From a virus (Duplodnaviria; Heunggongvirae; Uroviricota; Caudoviricetes): a DNA stretch of 64,000 nt. The stretch lies in the IMG/VR virus record IMGVR_UViG_3300031344_000001; one strand, given 5' to 3'. Under the pieces are notes generated by a model. That model saw only the letters and a program-made list of their open reading frames with translations, was not told the origin of the DNA and ran no database searches. This document shows, one piece after another, positions 52,940 to 61,964 of the stretch. Within the stretch, counting starts at the first letter, position 1, and each line of letters begins with the position of its first letter. A program made the translations under genes and the position numbers.

Positions 52940-53811
52940 GCGGGCCTACGCACACGCTCTTGATCTGCTCGACTGTACGCGATACGGGGAGTGGACTCCA
53001 TGCCCGAACAACCACCCGAGTGCACCCGCGAGCAACTCCTCGCCGTCCCGTGTCCAACGTGCGGCGTGCCGGCTGGAGCCTACTGCGAGAAGAGCCCCGG
53101 GAAGGTGCTGCTGTTGCAGTACCACCACGCCGAACGGTTCTGGGTCGCGAGGGGCGTCGACGCGATCACCAACTAGGCGGACCCCATGCACAAGCGTTCC
53201 GACGAGGATTTCCAGCGGCTGTTCGATGAAGCCCTGCGTAACGACGACCCGACCACGGCGCTCGGTCTCGCGCTCGAGCACAGCGGCGCACGTGTGACGT
53301 TCGACCCCGACCGCTCGATCGCGAAACCGTGCGTCCGCTGCGGCACCACGAGCACGCCACGCGACCTCGTGACGATCGCGACGTGGACCCGCAGCGGTAT
53401 CGGCGGTCACCAGGCCGGCGACGCGCTGACGCGCCCGCTGTGCGCGCCGTGCGAAGATGCGACGATGCCCGACAAGACCGCCAAGACACCCAAGGTCGAG
53501 GACCTCACGCGCGTGCCGGAAGCAGCGCGCACGCACGTCCTCGACGTGGAGCTGAGCGCAGCGCAGGCCGCCGTGCTCCAAGAGAAGTCCGCCGCGCGCG
53601 GCGTGACGCTGGAGGAGTACGCGCGCGGCGTGATGCTCACCGCCGCGGCCGTCGAGAACGCGGGCGGCAGCTCGTCGTCCGGCGGCGGCACCGCGTGAGC
53701 CCGAAGCCCGATCGGGACTAGGCCGTACAACGCCAGCGCCAGCCGTCGTTTCGGCCGAAGGAGGACGCTTACCTGATCGCGGCGCCGAAGGTGTGCGTGG
53801 TCAGGGTCAAA

Positions 53812-54525
53812 CGCTAGGCTTTCGCGTTCGCTGCGCCGAAGTCGCCGCGCTACGCCTCACATAACGAAGCAAAAAATCCGCGTTTTGTTACCGCCTTCGA
53901 TAGACTCGAAGGAGCATGGCAAAACCGGTCAAGGCCAAGGAACAGATCAGGTTGGGCACCGGAGAGGTGATGACGCTCGGCGCGGCACTGGATCGCGGAC
54001 TCGTCACGCTGGGGACAACGGAAGAGCCGGCCCTCCGAGGCGAACGTCTCACCGTGCGCACGTACTACGCCAAGGACCCCGTAGCCGATGAACTGTGGCC
54101 GGTGAGTCGCGCGTTATTCGAGAGCCGCTCCACAGGAACCTTCAAGCCAGGTTCATCGGCACCTCCAAAAATAAGTGTGCCGAAAACCCCTCGTGCGCCT
54201 GTTGTTACAGCCACGACTACGCCCTTCATGGTGGTTTCAAACGGCGATCACGTCGGCGACTATGCCGATTTGCCGAGTGCAATCGCGGCGGCCGATCGCT
54301 GGCTAGAGGAGTACGACCGACACGTCCAGATTTTCAAAGGCTCTCGGGTGCTGTCAAAGAAAGAGATCGACGCTGCAAGGGCTCCCGCCAGCGCGCACAT
54401 GCACGCGGAGAAGAAGTCCCCATCGCAGCTCGACCACGAGATCGCCACCCTGGTGCCTTCGTGGCGCAGCGTGGTCAAGCGCTAGGCGCTAGGCGTTCGC
54501 GTTCGCTGCGCCGAAGTCGACGCGC
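53812..54525. repeat. 39-bp direct repeats (53812-53850 and 54487-54525) flanking the 53916 gene
   Basis: CGCTAGGC[T/G]TTCGCGTTCGCTGCGCCGAAGTCG[C/A]CGCGC, 37 of 39 positions identical. Confidence 0.9.
53916..54485 (+). CDS. Modular protein with a C-terminal tag
   Basis: AAGGAG RBS. Ends HMHAEKKSPSQLDHEIATL. Confidence 0.78.
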   Translation: MAKPVKAKEQIRLGTGEVMTLGAALDRGLVTLGTTEEPALRGERLTVRTYYAKDPVADELWPVSRALFESRSTGTFKPGSSAPPKISVPKTPRAPVVTATTTPFMVVSNGDHVGDYADLPSAIAAADRWLEEYDRHVQIFKGSRVLSKKEIDAARAPASAHMHAEKKSPSQLDHEIATLVPSWRSVVKR

Positions 54526-54836
54526 ACGCGATGCCACGAGACGACGTGGCTCCAGTCCGTCGCACCGCGCAGGTAGCCGCCGAGCATCTCGAACAGCTCG
54601 TCAGCGGTCACGCGACGGTCACCACGGTAGTGCTCACCCGCGCAGCCGTCACGCCGCTCGACGATGAAGTCCTCGCCGACGGTACCGGCGCCCTGGACGT
54701 ACCACTCGGAGTCCGGTGTGTCACTCATGATGACGTACGCCTCGCCGACCGCGGTGAGCCCCGCGACCGCCCGCGTGACGTCCTCGATCGTCGCGGGATC
54801 CGCGAGCAGCCCTTCGTGCGTCTCCAGCCTCATCAA
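54489..54836 (-). CDS. Hypothetical protein
   Basis: 115 aa ORF (YVQGAG...FIVERRDG...YLRGATDW...W). Confidence 0.65.
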   Translation of the reverse strand: MMRLETHEGLLADPATIEDVTRAVAGLTAVGEAYVIMSDTPDSEWYVQGAGTVGEDFIVERRDGCAGEHYRGDRRVTADELFEMLGGYLRGATDWSHVVSWHRVRVDFGAANANA

Positions 54837-55025
54837 GCGCGATTGTACCTGACGCCTGGACGCTCAGTGCACGGTGTCGCCGTCGCCGTCGCCGTCGCCG
54901 TCGCCAGAGGCACCGTCAGAGGCGAGGATCTCGCGTGAAGTCAAATGCAGCCCCGCGCGAACGAACAAGGCCAGCATGCTCTCGTCGACGCCCTCAGCAG
55001 CTCCACCAACGAGCCAGAGGCGCGT

Positions 55026-55168
55026 CGCGAGGTACAGCACGACCGAGAGGAGCGGCATCCGAAGCATCGACCGACGCTAACGCATCAGGTCTGCAAGTAG
55101 TAGGGGGCCACAGGCACGGGCGCGTACCTCGCCGCGAGGTACAGCACGACCGAGAGGAGCGGCATCCG
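55026..55168. repeat. 36-bp direct repeat (55026-55061 and 55133-55168)
   Basis: CGCGAGGTACAGCACGACCGAGAGGAGCGGCATCCG occurs twice and encodes RMPLLSVVLYLA on the minus strand. Confidence 0.9.
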
Positions 55169-55293
55169 TGACATCCCTCAACGCTAGCACCTAGCACCTC
55201 AGGTCTTCAGGCAGGTGCGCAGCGGAGCGGCGGGTGCCAAGGCGCGCGGGCGCGCACCTCGTACCCTCGTACCTGATCGAGGTTCGAGCACCA

Positions 55294-56100
55294 TCAGGCC
55301 GCTGGCCGCCACGCAGACAGCCGACGCCCCTGCTGCTGAATCTCAAACTCCAGCGCGCGCATCCGTCCCTCCAGCTCGCGACGCCGCTGCTCCTCCAACT
55401 TGTCGAACCCCACCGCGCCGCGCGCCACCACATCCACGCGATACTTCGGCCACCCGTGCTCCACGCCGATGAGGACCTGTCGGTTCAGCTCCGGGAGGCT
55501 CGGCAGCTCGACGAGCTGCGCGCGCACGCGCCCCAGGTCCCCGATGAGGACCACATCGATGAACCAGCGCAAGCGTTCACAGCTGACCTCGTAGGGAGGG
55601 TAACCCCGCCCGTAGCACTCGCCCGCCACCGCGCCGTCACCGGGGCGCTCGTAGCCATGGAGCACGAGCAGCCCCTTCTGCACGATCTGACGGTTCGCGC
55701 AGACCTGGCACTCACCGTCACGCCCCACACGCGCGGCGGCGCGCGCTGCGATCTGCTGCGCGGTCGCGCGCGCGCGGCCAGCTTCGCGGCCGAGGCGTCC
55801 GAGGAGCTTCACGACCTTGGTGATCGTGCGCGTGAAGCGGTGGCCCTGACGCGTTTGGTCCATGCCCACCCTCACGAGGCCCCCCGGCTGCACCGACCAC
55901 CACTCACTCTGGGGCTCGACCAAGAGCTTGAGCAGCAACTCGTCACGGCACGTCGCGATCACGACGGCCGGCTGGTGCTTGGTCATACCGTACGACTTCA
56001 CGTCGACGCGGACCTGCGGCACCGGGACCCAACGCTTGGGCCCCAGCATCGGCTGCGGGTTCACGGTAGCGAGGTCGAGCAGTTTGAGCTTGAGCGTCAT
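55294..56100 (-). CDS. Phage hypothetical protein with a CxxC/HGY/C zinc motif
   Basis: GECQVC...LHGYERPG...GECYG. Confidence 0.65.
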   Translation of the reverse strand: MTLKLKLLDLATVNPQPMLGPKRWVPVPQVRVDVKSYGMTKHQPAVVIATCRDELLLKLLVEPQSEWWSVQPGGLVRVGMDQTRQGHRFTRTITKVVKLLGRLGREAGRARATAQQIAARAAARVGRDGECQVCANRQIVQKGLLVLHGYERPGDGAVAGECYGRGYPPYEVSCERLRWFIDVVLIGDLGRVRAQLVELPSLPELNRQVLIGVEHGWPKYRVDVVARGAVGFDKLEEQRRRELEGRMRALEFEIQQQGRRLSAWRPAA

Positions 56101-56108
56101 CGGGTCCC

Positions 56109-56849
56109 CTACGCCAGGAGCTTCTGCTCGGAGACGATCTCCGCGTCGACCACGTCGTCAAGCGTCGCGCGGCGCCACGTCGTGACGACCGCACCACTCA
56201 CGTGTACCGGCCCACGCGCACGGCGCGCTGGGGGAACGGACGCGGGCGCGGACGGCGTAGGCGTAGACGCGGGGGGCGCGGAGGGCTGCCCTTGCGGCGC
56301 AGGGACGTATGGCGCGTACCCTGGGGCCACGGGGCCGACAGGGCCACGGCACGCCCGGCTGCGCGCGCGCGTCGCCGCGCGCCGCGCGTCGGCCTCGCAA
56401 CGACGCTTCGTCGCGTCACGGGCGAGCGCGATCACCGAGCCGTTCGCGACCGCGTTGATCGCGACCAGGACCGCGAGTGCGACGGCGCTGGTGGCACCAT
56501 GCGACACCAGCATGACGCCCTCCAGGGCGAGCACGAACCCCAGCGCCTTGCGCGAGTCGCCGAACGCGGCGCGCCCGAACTTGTAGACGGAGATCGCGCT
56601 GAAGCACGCGCATCCCAGGACGACCGCGACCATCGCCGCCGCCAGGCCGTGGTTCCCGGCGGTCCAAGACGATGGGATCTCCTCATGCGCGAGCGTACGC
56701 CCGAACCACGGGACGAGGCCGCCGATCACGGCGCCGATCGCCGCGGCGTGGGGGTTCTTGACCGCGCACTCGAGCTGGGTGACGACGTCGGTGATGACCG
56801 ACCGGTCGCTCGTTCCGCGGCGGGACTTGCTGTGCTTGGGCTTGCTCAT
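56109..56849 (-). CDS. Multi-pass membrane protein
   Basis: About four hydrophobic segments followed by a Pro-rich tail. Confidence 0.7.
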   Translation of the reverse strand: MSKPKHSKSRRGTSDRSVITDVVTQLECAVKNPHAAAIGAVIGGLVPWFGRTLAHEEIPSSWTAGNHGLAAAMVAVVLGCACFSAISVYKFGRAAFGDSRKALGFVLALEGVMLVSHGATSAVALAVLVAINAVANGSVIALARDATKRRCEADARRAATRARSRACRGPVGPVAPGYAPYVPAPQGQPSAPPASTPTPSAPASVPPARRARGPVHVSGAVVTTWRRATLDDVVDAEIVSEQKLLA

Positions 56850-57010
56850 CGCCAGATAGCTAGAGCAGCCCTCGTGCCGGCCGTAGAGACACCGCAAGCA
56901 CCGCAAGTGCCCGGTGGTACAGCGTGAGTAGTCACGCACCCAGTGTCCGCGAGAGGCACGCGTGCCCTGCGCGATACGGGTGGAGGACTACCCAGGGAGC
57001 GCGGCAACTA

Positions 57011-57586
57011 CTAGAACGGCAGCCGCACCGCATCCTTCACGTCAACACCGAGGCTCGCTAAAGCCTTCTTGATGTTGGTGACGGCCTCAGCCTTGGTGTA
57101 CTCGACTCCCTCGGCGAGGGTGTCGGATCCAGTGCCCCAGGTCGTCTGACCTTCCCGCAACTGCTCGACCACCCATGACCATTCATCATCATCAATCGCG
57201 GACAGTCCATAGCCGATCTTGCGGGGCTTGGTGAGCGCCTCGGCGATCTCGCGATCTAGCTGCTTCGGCGACTTCCTTGCCTCCGGCGGCTCCGGCGGCA
57301 ACGTCACGCTGATGTTGACCCACTGGTCTACGACGTTGACGCTTGTGCGCGCACCGGGCACGGCCTGTTCTACTGCGCGCGCGTGACCTTTTGCGGACTG
57401 CACGAACTTGCGGCTTGCTGGCGTGTCGGCATCTGGGTGGGTTCTGCCTGATGTGTTGTCGGCGGCCGAGAAGACGAAGTCTTCGTTTTCGGCGAACCCC
57501 GCCGTGCGCATGATGCGGCGGATTGTTTGCGCAGCGATCGCTTGGTTCACGCTGTCCAGTATAACCGCCGTTTTCGGGATTTTCAG
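57011..57586 (-). CDS. Two-module protein with a central tag; probable CTG start
   Basis: GAGGAG-5 nt-CTG AAA ATC. RKSPKQLDREIAEAL lies between the modules. Confidence 0.65.
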   Translation of the reverse strand: MKIPKTAVILDSVNQAIAAQTIRRIMRTAGFAENEDFVFSAADNTSGRTHPDADTPASRKFVQSAKGHARAVEQAVPGARTSVNVVDQWVNISVTLPPEPPEARKSPKQLDREIAEALTKPRKIGYGLSAIDDDEWSWVVEQLREGQTTWGTGSDTLAEGVEYTKAEAVTNIKKALASLGVDVKDAVRLPF

Positions 57587-58087
57587 CCGCGCTCCTCTGA
57601 CGGAGCGCGGAGCACCGCCCGGATCTGCGTGGTGATGACGAGCACCTGCACGATGATCTGATCGTCGGTCATGCCGTTGTCTCGAGAGGATCGCTCCCAC
57701 GCCGAGCTTCACCGACGCCGGCATTGACCACCGACCACGACGGCTCCAGCGACGATCAACCGGTAGCGGGGGCACCCCCACCCGCGGCTCGCCCTCATCG
57801 ACGACGTAGCGCAAGAACCACGGGGCCGGCAGCGCCCCGTCGTTCACCGCGCGAATGACGGCGGCGCGCGCGGTGGCGCCCATGCCCCCGAGGTAACGCC
57901 CGGGAAGGTACTTCTCCGGCACCGCAGCGCCGCGGCGGCGACACCCGCGTGGGCCTCCGTCAGCGCAGAGGCTGGAATACAGCGCGATGTCCCCGAGCAA
58001 GGCATGGCCGTCCATGCGAAGGAGCATACATCGAGGGGCCAGTCGCGAGCTGTCGCCTAGCGCCCAGAAGGGCAGTTAAAAAATAAG

Positions 58088-58207
58088 AGCAGCCGAGTGA
58101 AGAGTGCTTGGATGAATGCAGGGAGTTTTGAAATCCCAACCTTCGGCTTCGTAGGCCGACGCTCTACCGTTGAGCTATGCGTGTGAGCACTCTAAGGATT
58201 GGCTGCT
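58088..58207 (-). ncRNA. tRNA-Arg(ACG)-like domain on a long extended stem
   Basis: TAGCTCAACGGTAGAGC D arm, TCGGC-CTACGAA-GCCGA, degenerate T arm. The acceptor is replaced by the stems AGAGTGCT/AGCACTCT and AGCAGCC/GGCTGCT. Confidence 0.65.
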
Positions 58208-58212
58208 TCTCG

Positions 58213-58335
58213 AGGCGGATCTTGGAGTCGAACCAAGCGGCTTGTAGACATTCGACGTGTGTCTCCTCGCGGAGACGAGTGCCGCTGTCGGGATTTCTTC
58301 CAGTAAGAAGTGGGACACCGCGTCCCTTATCCGCC
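58213..58335 (-). ncRNA. tRNA-like RNA with a ~55-nt variable region containing GTCGAATG
   Basis: GGCGGAT/ATCCGCC acceptor, GGGAC/GTCCC D stem, CTTGG-TTCGACT-CCAAG T arm. Confidence 0.7.
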
Positions 58336-58343
58336 AAAAACTA

Positions 58344-58480
58344 GGCCGCCGAGTTGAGAGTCCTGGATGCTTTTCAGCCTGTTTACGAGACAGGTGCCGG
58401 AACCGACCGGCGTTCAGATCCTCTTTCGAGGACTTGTGGGAGTTGAACCCAAGGCTTGTGAGGACTCTCGGTTGGTGACC
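58344..58480 (-). ncRNA. Circularly permuted tRNA-like RNA on a long closing stem
   Basis: 5' to 3' order: stem GAGAGTCCT, T arm TGGG-TTCAACT-CCCA, acceptor closed by GAAA, D arm GCCGG/CCGGC, arm CCTGT-CTCGTAA-ACAGG, stem AGGACTCTC. Confidence 0.7.
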
Positions 58481-58491
58481 GAGCGAGTGGG

Positions 58492-58520
58492 ACTTTAACC
58501 AATAGGAGGGTCGCTGTCAA
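58492..58520 (-). promoter_or_regulatory. Sigma70-type promoter for the ncRNA cluster
   Basis: TTGACA-17 nt-TAAAGT about 12 nt upstream of the first ncRNA stem. Confidence 0.75.
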
Positions 58521-58525
58521 GCAAT

Positions 58526-59095
58526 TCAGACGGCGACGACGCTGACCGGCGAGATCGAAAACCCGACCTTCTTCTTGTCCTTCAAGAAGAGCTGGACCGA
58601 GCGCGCCATGCACGCCGCCGTGAGTGCGATGAAGGGTAGGAACTCTCCATCCTCACACGTCGCGGCGCCCGCGCCGACCTCGCTGTCGATGACGAAATGA
58701 TCGTCCCAGATCGAGCGACCGAACTCACCGCCCGGCGCGAGCGCACCGTGGAGACAAGGCACGTTGTGCTCGCGCACGTAGTCCTGCACGAGCTTCCGCG
58801 ACGCCCCATTGTCGAGGCAGTCGACGACGAGCTCCGCGTCCTTCAGCAGGACGTCGACGTTGTTCTCGACGAGCTTGTGGCTCACGACCTGGAGGTTCTT
58901 CTTGAAGAGGAAGTCCATCACCTGCTTCAAAGCATCGACCTTGCTCTTCCCGACGCCCGGCTTGCCGTGGAACTGCGACATCACGTTCTTTTGCTCGACG
59001 CGGTCGAAGTCGACGACCTTGATGTCCGCCTTCTCGTTACGGATGAACTGGACCAGGTGGCTGCCCAGCGCGCCGGCTCCGACGATGACGATCAT
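58526..59095 (-). CDS. ThiF/E1-like adenylyltransferase
   Basis: IVGAGALGS, DFDRVEQKN, GKSKVDAL, VVDCLDN..SR and a candidate catalytic Cys in ATCE. Confidence 0.92.
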   Translation of the reverse strand: MIVIVGAGALGSHLVQFIRNEKADIKVVDFDRVEQKNVMSQFHGKPGVGKSKVDALKQVMDFLFKKNLQVVSHKLVENNVDVLLKDAELVVDCLDNGASRKLVQDYVREHNVPCLHGALAPGGEFGRSIWDDHFVIDSEVGAGAATCEDGEFLPFIALTAACMARSVQLFLKDKKKVGFSISPVSVVAV

Positions 59096-59107
59096 GGGTG
59101 ACCTTCC

Positions 59108-60067
59108 TTAAAGGACATCTCGGTAAATCTTCCGATTGACGATGTTACAGATGGTCACCTTGCTGACACCGTAATGCCGGCCAAGAGCTGCTGCCGAAAC
59201 ACCCCGCGCATTTGCCTTGCGCACACGTCGCACCTGCGTAGGCGTCAAACGACGTAACGCGCGTCCTCTTGGTATCGCCGGGCGCACGTGTTTCAACTTA
59301 TAGGCGCAGCAACGTGGGACGTAGGGCCGGATCAGCTGGTTGAGCTTGAAAGCGTCATCCCGTCGATTAATTCTGACGACAGGCCCGTCCGTTGCCTGTC
59401 CTACGCTTGCGTGCACGTGGAAGATCTTCGAGAGACTGCGTGCAAGTCTACAAACGTCGATCCTCAAAAATCCTTGTGTACAAAACGCCATGGTCCCATT
59501 CGCGGAACCGGTGCCGTCACCGCAGTACCACAAGGCGACTGAGAGCGGCGTAATAGCGAGATCCTGCGGGACACGCTTCGCGCCATGCGGGTACCAACGA
59601 AGGCGCTGCTCCTTCGTTTCTTTGTACGTATGCGTGTAAAAAGTTCGATGCGCCCCGCTGCGCACCTGTCTACCTTTGATGACCGCTGCACGTTTTGGTG
59701 CACACGCGGGCGTAATTCCACACGCGATCTTTAAGTCAACGCACCGACGCAGGATCGCCCGAAGCCATCCAGCACGCCGCACTGACTGCGGCACCTGAAG
59801 TGCGCCTGCACGGTTGATACAACCATCACCTAGTAGGAGACCATCAACAAGCTCTTTGAACCTAGCCTCCTTGCTGGGGCTCAACCGCAACTCCTTGACG
59901 GTGTGCCGTTCTCCGGATGGTCGAATCTTCACGCCTGCCTCGCGCAGACGTTGAAGCACCGTGTTCAACGAACAGTGGTACCGCGGCGCTAGTTCCAGCG
60001 CGCTCGTCCCACTTTGATACGCGACGATGAGTGCGTTCGGATCTAGGAGCAGGCGCCGACGTGTCAT
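59108..60067 (-). CDS. Free-standing LAGLIDADG homing endonuclease with HTH-like ends
   Basis: LVDGLLLGDGCI and LSVALWYCGDGT, KRVP and FCTQGF. Visibly lower GC than the neighbouring genes. Confidence 0.88.
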   Translation of the reverse strand: MTRRRLLLDPNALIVAYQSGTSALELAPRYHCSLNTVLQRLREAGVKIRPSGERHTVKELRLSPSKEARFKELVDGLLLGDGCINRAGALQVPQSVRRAGWLRAILRRCVDLKIACGITPACAPKRAAVIKGRQVRSGAHRTFYTHTYKETKEQRLRWYPHGAKRVPQDLAITPLSVALWYCGDGTGSANGTMAFCTQGFLRIDVCRLARSLSKIFHVHASVGQATDGPVVRINRRDDAFKLNQLIRPYVPRCCAYKLKHVRPAIPRGRALRRLTPTQVRRVRKANARGVSAAALGRHYGVSKVTICNIVNRKIYRDVL

Positions 60068-60312
60068 CAGACGCCGAAGGGCGTCTTAGGCCTAAGCACC
60101 AAGCGAGCTGGAAGACCATCCCTCTCCGCGAACCGATCCACGACAAAGTCATGAAAATCAGCATTGGGGTCCGCGTCGATCCCGGGAATGCCGCCAGTGC
60201 GCACGGTTTCAGTCGCCCACGCCTTGACATCAGCGTCTGTCGCGTCGAAGGAGACCGGATCTCTGAGATCGCCGTTTTGACCGTTCACCGTAATGTTCAG
60301 CAACGCTTCCAT
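60067..60312 (-). CDS. Ubiquitin-like (beta-grasp) protein
   Basis: 81 aa, LNITVNGQNGDL...LVLRPKTPFGV*, located between the JAB and E1 genes. Confidence 0.7.
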   Translation of the reverse strand: MEALLNITVNGQNGDLRDPVSFDATDADVKAWATETVRTGGIPGIDADPNADFHDFVVDRFAERDGLPARLVLRPKTPFGV

Positions 60313-60406
60313 GAGAAAACTCCCGATTGCAGGTTCTAGCACGTCATGTTTACGGACATCAAGGTCAGGTCAAGGGCAAAGGCCAAGGTCAGATCGCCTT
60401 GCAGCG

Positions 60407-60793
60407 TTACCCTGCGTTCACATTCGATAACCGCCGCAATTCGACAAGCCAACCAGGCTCTTCTGAAACGACCGTGACCCGATAGGAAATCTTGTCAGGT
60501 CCACCCCAGCGGAGCAGGACCACGTGGTCTGAACTGATGATCCACCAGTCGAGACGCTTGCCAAGCGCAGCCTCGATGGCCGCGAACGTGGTGACGTCCG
60601 AATACGAGGGGTCCGGAATGCCGGAACCCGGGTGACTGTGCGCGAACCCGAGCAGCTTGTCTTCCTTGAAGGCGTCCCAAAGGACCTGCCACAAGGTCCG
60701 GCTGTCGGGAAGACTCCCCGCCGTGCGCCCCTCGGGCAGATGCCAGAACAACGGGTTCCCGCTCTTGTCGATGACGACGCCCGCCTCGATCAC
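60407..60793 (-). CDS. JAB/MPN metallo-isopeptidase
   Basis: N-terminal EAG and GFAHSHPGSG.PDPSYSD (HxH-x7-S-x2-D). Confidence 0.9.
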   Translation of the reverse strand: MIEAGVVIDKSGNPLFWHLPEGRTAGSLPDSRTLWQVLWDAFKEDKLLGFAHSHPGSGIPDPSYSDVTTFAAIEAALGKRLDWWIISSDHVVLLRWGGPDKISYRVTVVSEEPGWLVELRRLSNVNAG

Positions 60794-60795
60794 GG

Positions 60796-61377
60796 CTAGC
60801 GATCCTTCACGACGGGGTTGCGCGGGATGCTGGCGAGCGTGTCGGCGACGCTCCGGTTCAGCTCCTGGTACGCGTACGAGACCTTCTGCGAGACCTCAAC
60901 GTAGTAGGGGTGCCGGAGCCACGCCGCGTAGGCCGTGTCCCCACGAACCTTGTTGCACTTCCGACAAGCCGCGACGAGGTTCGCCTCGATCGTGGGACCG
61001 CCGTCCTCCCAGCGCACGAGGTGGTCGACCGTGAGCGGCAGCTTCTCGGTGCCGCAGTAGCGACACATGAAGTTGTCCCGACGGTAGACGTTCCACTGGA
61101 CCTGCGTGTCGACCTGGCGCTGCGACTTGCGCGCGATCGCCTTGTACAGATCGCCGTCCTTGCGCTGACCGAGCACCTCGGTCTCGACGAGGTCGGCCTG
61201 CCGAAGCATCGCCTTCCAGTCATCGTGGGTCATCTCGACGAGCGTCGGGTCCTTGCCCTCGTCACGCGCCGATGGAAACGGGAAGTAGAACCCCGCGCCG
61301 TTCGAGTCGGTGTAGACCACGCCGACCATCTGGATGGTAGTGCCGATGTCCGTGAGCTTGATGTCCGAGAACTTCAT
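60796..61377 (-). CDS. HNH endonuclease
   Basis: VYRRDNFMCRYCG...LTVDHL....GG.....NLVAACRKCNKVRG. Confidence 0.9.
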   Translation of the reverse strand: MKFSDIKLTDIGTTIQMVGVVYTDSNGAGFYFPFPSARDEGKDPTLVEMTHDDWKAMLRQADLVETEVLGQRKDGDLYKAIARKSQRQVDTQVQWNVYRRDNFMCRYCGTEKLPLTVDHLVRWEDGGPTIEANLVAACRKCNKVRGDTAYAAWLRHPYYVEVSQKVSYAYQELNRSVADTLASIPRNPVVKDR

Positions 61378-61386
61378 GACCTCACC

Positions 61387-61956
61387 CTATTCCGGGATGT
61401 AGTGCCTGAACGTCAGGCTCACGCGGGGCGCCATCTTGCGATCGCCCTTCGGGATCTTGTGGAAGTAGCCGCGCTGGAAGAGCGTCGGCATCACGAACAG
61501 CGCGCCGTGCCCGAGGAGCTGTCTCTGGTCGGCAGGAATCTCCCCGGTCGCGCTCTGCGGCTTCCACCAGATCTCTCGCGCCTGCCCGAACGAGACCACC
61601 GCGATGGGGTGCTCGTGGTTCATGCCCGGCGAGTCGTCTGCGTGCCACCCGAGGTGCTGACCCGCATCCGCGTAGCGGTTGAGGAAGCAGACGTTGTACT
61701 GGCGCTCCTTGACCGCGAGCCCGAGCCCGTCGTGGATCAACGGCGCCGTGTTCAGGTGCTGGCGGATCACTTCGACCCAGGGCAAGAACGGCGTCGAGGC
61801 GTACGTGCGCACACCACGACCAGAGCCGTAGGTGTAGGTCAGCGGCGTCAGCGCCATGAAGCACTCCTGACGCGCCTCGGTGAACGTTCCCCAGGGGACG
61901 CTCGCGAGGTCTGCCGGCGAGGCGTCGGCGTAGTCAGTCACGTAGACAGGCTTCAT
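61387..61956 (-). CDS. alkB: AlkB-family 2OG-Fe(II) dioxygenase
   Basis: FLNRYADA..LGWHADD...IAVVSFG..R...LGHGALFVM...HKIPK...RVSLTFR. Confidence 0.92.
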   Translation of the reverse strand: MKPVYVTDYADASPADLASVPWGTFTEARQECFMALTPLTYTYGSGRGVRTYASTPFLPWVEVIRQHLNTAPLIHDGLGLAVKERQYNVCFLNRYADAGQHLGWHADDSPGMNHEHPIAVVSFGQAREIWWKPQSATGEIPADQRQLLGHGALFVMPTLFQRGYFHKIPKGDRKMAPRVSLTFRHYIPE

Positions 61957-61964
61957 GGCAATCC

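Noticed and set aside
58118-58184. Functional tRNA-Arg(ACG)
   Set aside because: The acceptor stem pairs only about 3 bp and the T loop is degenerate, so it is treated as part of a larger ncRNA.
59108-60067. Group I intron or intein hosting the LAGLIDADG ORF
   Set aside because: The ORF abuts intact genes on both sides, with no intein Cys/His-Asn ends and no space for a ribozyme core.
60358-60393. Short degenerate CAAGG(T/G/C)C repeats between the JAB and Ubl genes
   Set aside because: Too short and irregular to support a functional call.
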